Positions 61,874-64,000 of a stretch of DNA of 64,000 bases are shown in pieces. The translations under genes and the position numbers were made by a program. The stretch comes from Phycisphaerae bacterium (lineage in GTDB: Bacteria > Planctomycetota > Phycisphaerae > UBA1845), in contig CAXXGO010000001.1 in assembly GCA_963666835.2 (NCBI GenBank), forward strand, positions 1,344,001-1,408,000, given 5' to 3'. Under the pieces are notes generated by a model. The model saw nothing but the letters and a program-made list of their open reading frames with translations, had not been told where the DNA came from and searched no databases. The stretch's first letter is position 1, and each line of letters starts with the position of its first letter.

Positions 61874-64000
61874 TCAGTAGACGGGTGTGACCTCCCATAC
61901 GCTTCCCTCAAAGCGACTCATAGGGCCATCGCACAGCTCCTCGTCGGTCACCGTTGCTGCGTTATCCACGTCGCAGCAACTCCCGCCACGGGTGAGAATG
62001 ACGCGCCAGGTTCCTCCCGTGTCCTCACACTTGGCTTGCTCGGGGAAGGGCGGGCCGATGGCATCGTATGTCTCTCCATAGTAGTGCAGGGTGTCGTTGA
62101 TACCTTCGCCAACGAGATGGTATTGCACGGACTCGTCGCCGGTGAGTTTGGCAAACTCCACGTAGACGGCATAGCCCGTGTATCCAATCTCCAGATCGCG
62201 GCTGGTGATGCAGATTACGGTTGCAGAGTAGGTGTCGGGATTGCCCTCATTGAATTCGACCGTGGCCGTGCCGGACACGGAATCCTCGCTTACCGCCGCG
62301 ATAACCGTGGTGGTACCCTCCGCCGAGCTGGTCACGGTGATGACGGCCGATCCTGCGGACGTCGTGGTCGCAGGATTCGTTCCAGCCAGCGTACCCAGGG
62401 TCGTGTCGAACTCGATCTCCTTGCCTGACACGGGGTCGCCGGTTGGTTCATCCGTGTCGCCGTCTTCCCAGTAGCGTAAGGTGGCCGTCACCTCGGCGCT
62501 GCCTTCATCGGTAGGCTCGAACCACACGGCTGTGGGATCGGCTTCCACGATCATGCCGTACGGCTCCCCGAAGCGTACATACGCGACGTCCGATTCCACT
62601 AGGTCCTCGGTTACGAATGCTCGCACAGCCGCTCGGCCTTCCACGGCGCTGGACAGCTCGATGGTGGCCACGCCCTCATCGTCGGTGACAGCGGGATTGT
62701 CTCCGGTGAACGTACCCACGGACGTGTCAAGGGAGATGGCCTTGCCCGCTACAGGATCGCCCGTGGGCACGAGCAGGTCGCCCTCGCTGATGCGCTTGGC
62801 CGTCGCGGTGATCGTCGCGGTGGAGGTGCCGTCGGCGGGCAGGTGCTCGGCATCCGTTTCGAGGATGATTCCGTAGTCGTAGAAATCGATGACCACGTCG
62901 TTCTCACCGCAGACGATGGTGTGCACGACAATCTTGTCGCCCAATATCTGGCCGGCGGAGTTCTTGGCCGTAGCGGTGAAGGTGGCCTCGGCGCCGACGC
63001 GGAAGCCGATGATCGAGGCGGAGGAACCCGGCCTGTACTCCACTGCTTCCGGTGCCGACAGATCCGCGTCCGCAAATGACGTTTCCACAGTAACGCTATC
63101 GGTGTACGCCGGCAGTTCGTCGGAACGGACCGTCACCCACCCGAAACAGACCTCCACGTCATTGGTGTCGCAGTCCAGGCTGAACGTCTGCTCCGAAATG
63201 CCCACAACTTGCCCGTCGGCATCCGTGGCTTGCGAGACCGTGCCTATCCGTCCCGGGAGGACGTTCTCCAGTGTGTAGGTGTCTCCGGGGGCAAAGGAGA
63301 AGGACTCCGTCCAATCAACAGTGGGATCGAGGTGTTCCGCGTCGGAAGCGATCTCTGCCGTCGTCGGCGGGTATTGCGCCGTAACCTCAGCGACGGCGGA
63401 GCAAAATTCGAGATCCACCTCGTTGAGGCCGGCGTGCAGATCCACCGTTTCTTGCCCACTGGCCAGCGTAGCCCCGCCGGCATCCTGGGCGATAACTCTG
63501 AGCTCCGCCTCCGACGGCAGGATGTCGTCGAAGGTCACAGTCCCGCCGGTGACGATGGCACTCGTTACGTCGCCCGCCATGGTGGCGGCGGTGTAGGACA
63601 ACTCCACCACAATCTGATCCGTTTCCATCGGCGCCCCCGAGTCGTCCACCATTACGTCAGCCCAAGCGGGGAAGTGGAACTCGTTGGCTCCCGTGTACAA
63701 CATCAGAGTGGAATCACAGCCCTCGAAAGCACTGACGCCCATCCCCCCTGAGAGCAACCAATTGTGCGCCGCCTCGTCCGTCGGCGAGCGGTTCTGCACC
63801 ATTTTCCATAGCAGGGCGACCACCGAGCCGCAGCCGTCGACCCACGCCTCTTTATCGGACCAGCCGAGGAAATCCCCGCAGCCCTTGGCGATGAACGCGT
63901 GCTTGGCGGACCACGATCGACAGGATACGATATGCACGTGGCTGCCGGGTAGCTTGTTCATCTGCTCTTCCAGCAGGTCGCTCCGCACGAGGATGTGTTC
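61874..64000 (-). CDS. C-terminal part of a large extracellular protein with bacterial Ig-like (Big_1-type) domains
   Basis: LPADGTSTATITAT, GDPVxGKxIxxDTxxG, AVTDDEGVATIELSS repeats; starts beyond right edge. Confidence 0.8.
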   Translation of the reverse strand, partial: EHILVRSDLLEEQMNKLPGSHVHIVSCRSWSAKHAFIAKGCGDFLGWSDKEAWVDGCGSVVALLWKMVQNRSPTDEAAHNWLLSGGMGVSAFEGCDSTLMLYTGANEFHFPAWADVMVDDSGAPMETDQIVVELSYTAATMAGDVTSAIVTGGTVTFDDILPSEAELRVIAQDAGGATLASGQETVDLHAGLNEVDLEFCSAVAEVTAQYPPTTAEIASDAEHLDPTVDWTESFSFAPGDTYTLENVLPGRIGTVSQATDADGQVVGISEQTFSLDCDTNDVEVCFGWVTVRSDELPAYTDSVTVETSFADADLSAPEAVEYRPGSSASIIGFRVGAEATFTATAKNSAGQILGDKIVVHTIVCGENDVVIDFYDYGIILETDAEHLPADGTSTATITATAKRISEGDLLVPTGDPVAGKAISLDTSVGTFTGDNPAVTDDEGVATIELSSAVEGRAAVRAFVTEDLVESDVAYVRFGEPYGMIVEADPTAVWFEPTDEGSAEVTATLRYWEDGDTDEPTGDPVSGKEIEFDTTLGTLAGTNPATTTSAGSAVITVTSSAEGTTTVIAAVSEDSVSGTATVEFNEGNPDTYSATVICITSRDLEIGYTGYAVYVEFAKLTGDESVQYHLVGEGINDTLHYYGETYDAIGPPFPEQAKCEDTGGTWRVILTRGGSCCDVDNAATVTDEELCDGPMSRFEGSVWEVTPVY

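Overview
GC-rich bacterial window, probably Planctomycetota (Phycisphaerae-like). This is inferred from the ECF-sigma/Ser-Thr kinase pair, dockerin-like DxDxDGDVDLxDF tails, an IPTL-CTERM-like tail and the repeat families. Ordinary content includes an MCP, the imuA-imuB-dnaE2 cassette, hydrolases, an AraC regulator, MscK/invertase-like/fructokinase genes, a sigma54 activator, MFS, CheV, peptidases and an ABC ATPase. The accessory layer is richer. (i) Two integrase-less single-gene islets sit at tRNA-Val(GAC) and tRNA-Ser(GCT), bounded by perfect 52- and 63-bp direct repeats and accompanied by dif-like dyad sites. (ii) A translationally coupled tandem array of four membrane proteins has divergent N-terminal/loop regions and a shared C-terminal CxxCxYxLxGNxxGxCxECG zinc ribbon, bracketed by REP elements. 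(iii) A RAYT transposase has GTAG-type REPs and self-derived fragments that enclose a cargo gene. (iv) There are three FGE-sulfatase (C-type lectin fold) paralogs, one with a DGR-like variable-region signature but no RT or template in the window. (v) A CTAG-bounded palindromic MITE adds 150 bp in frame to dnaE2. All calls come from reading the sequence by eye; no database searches were run.
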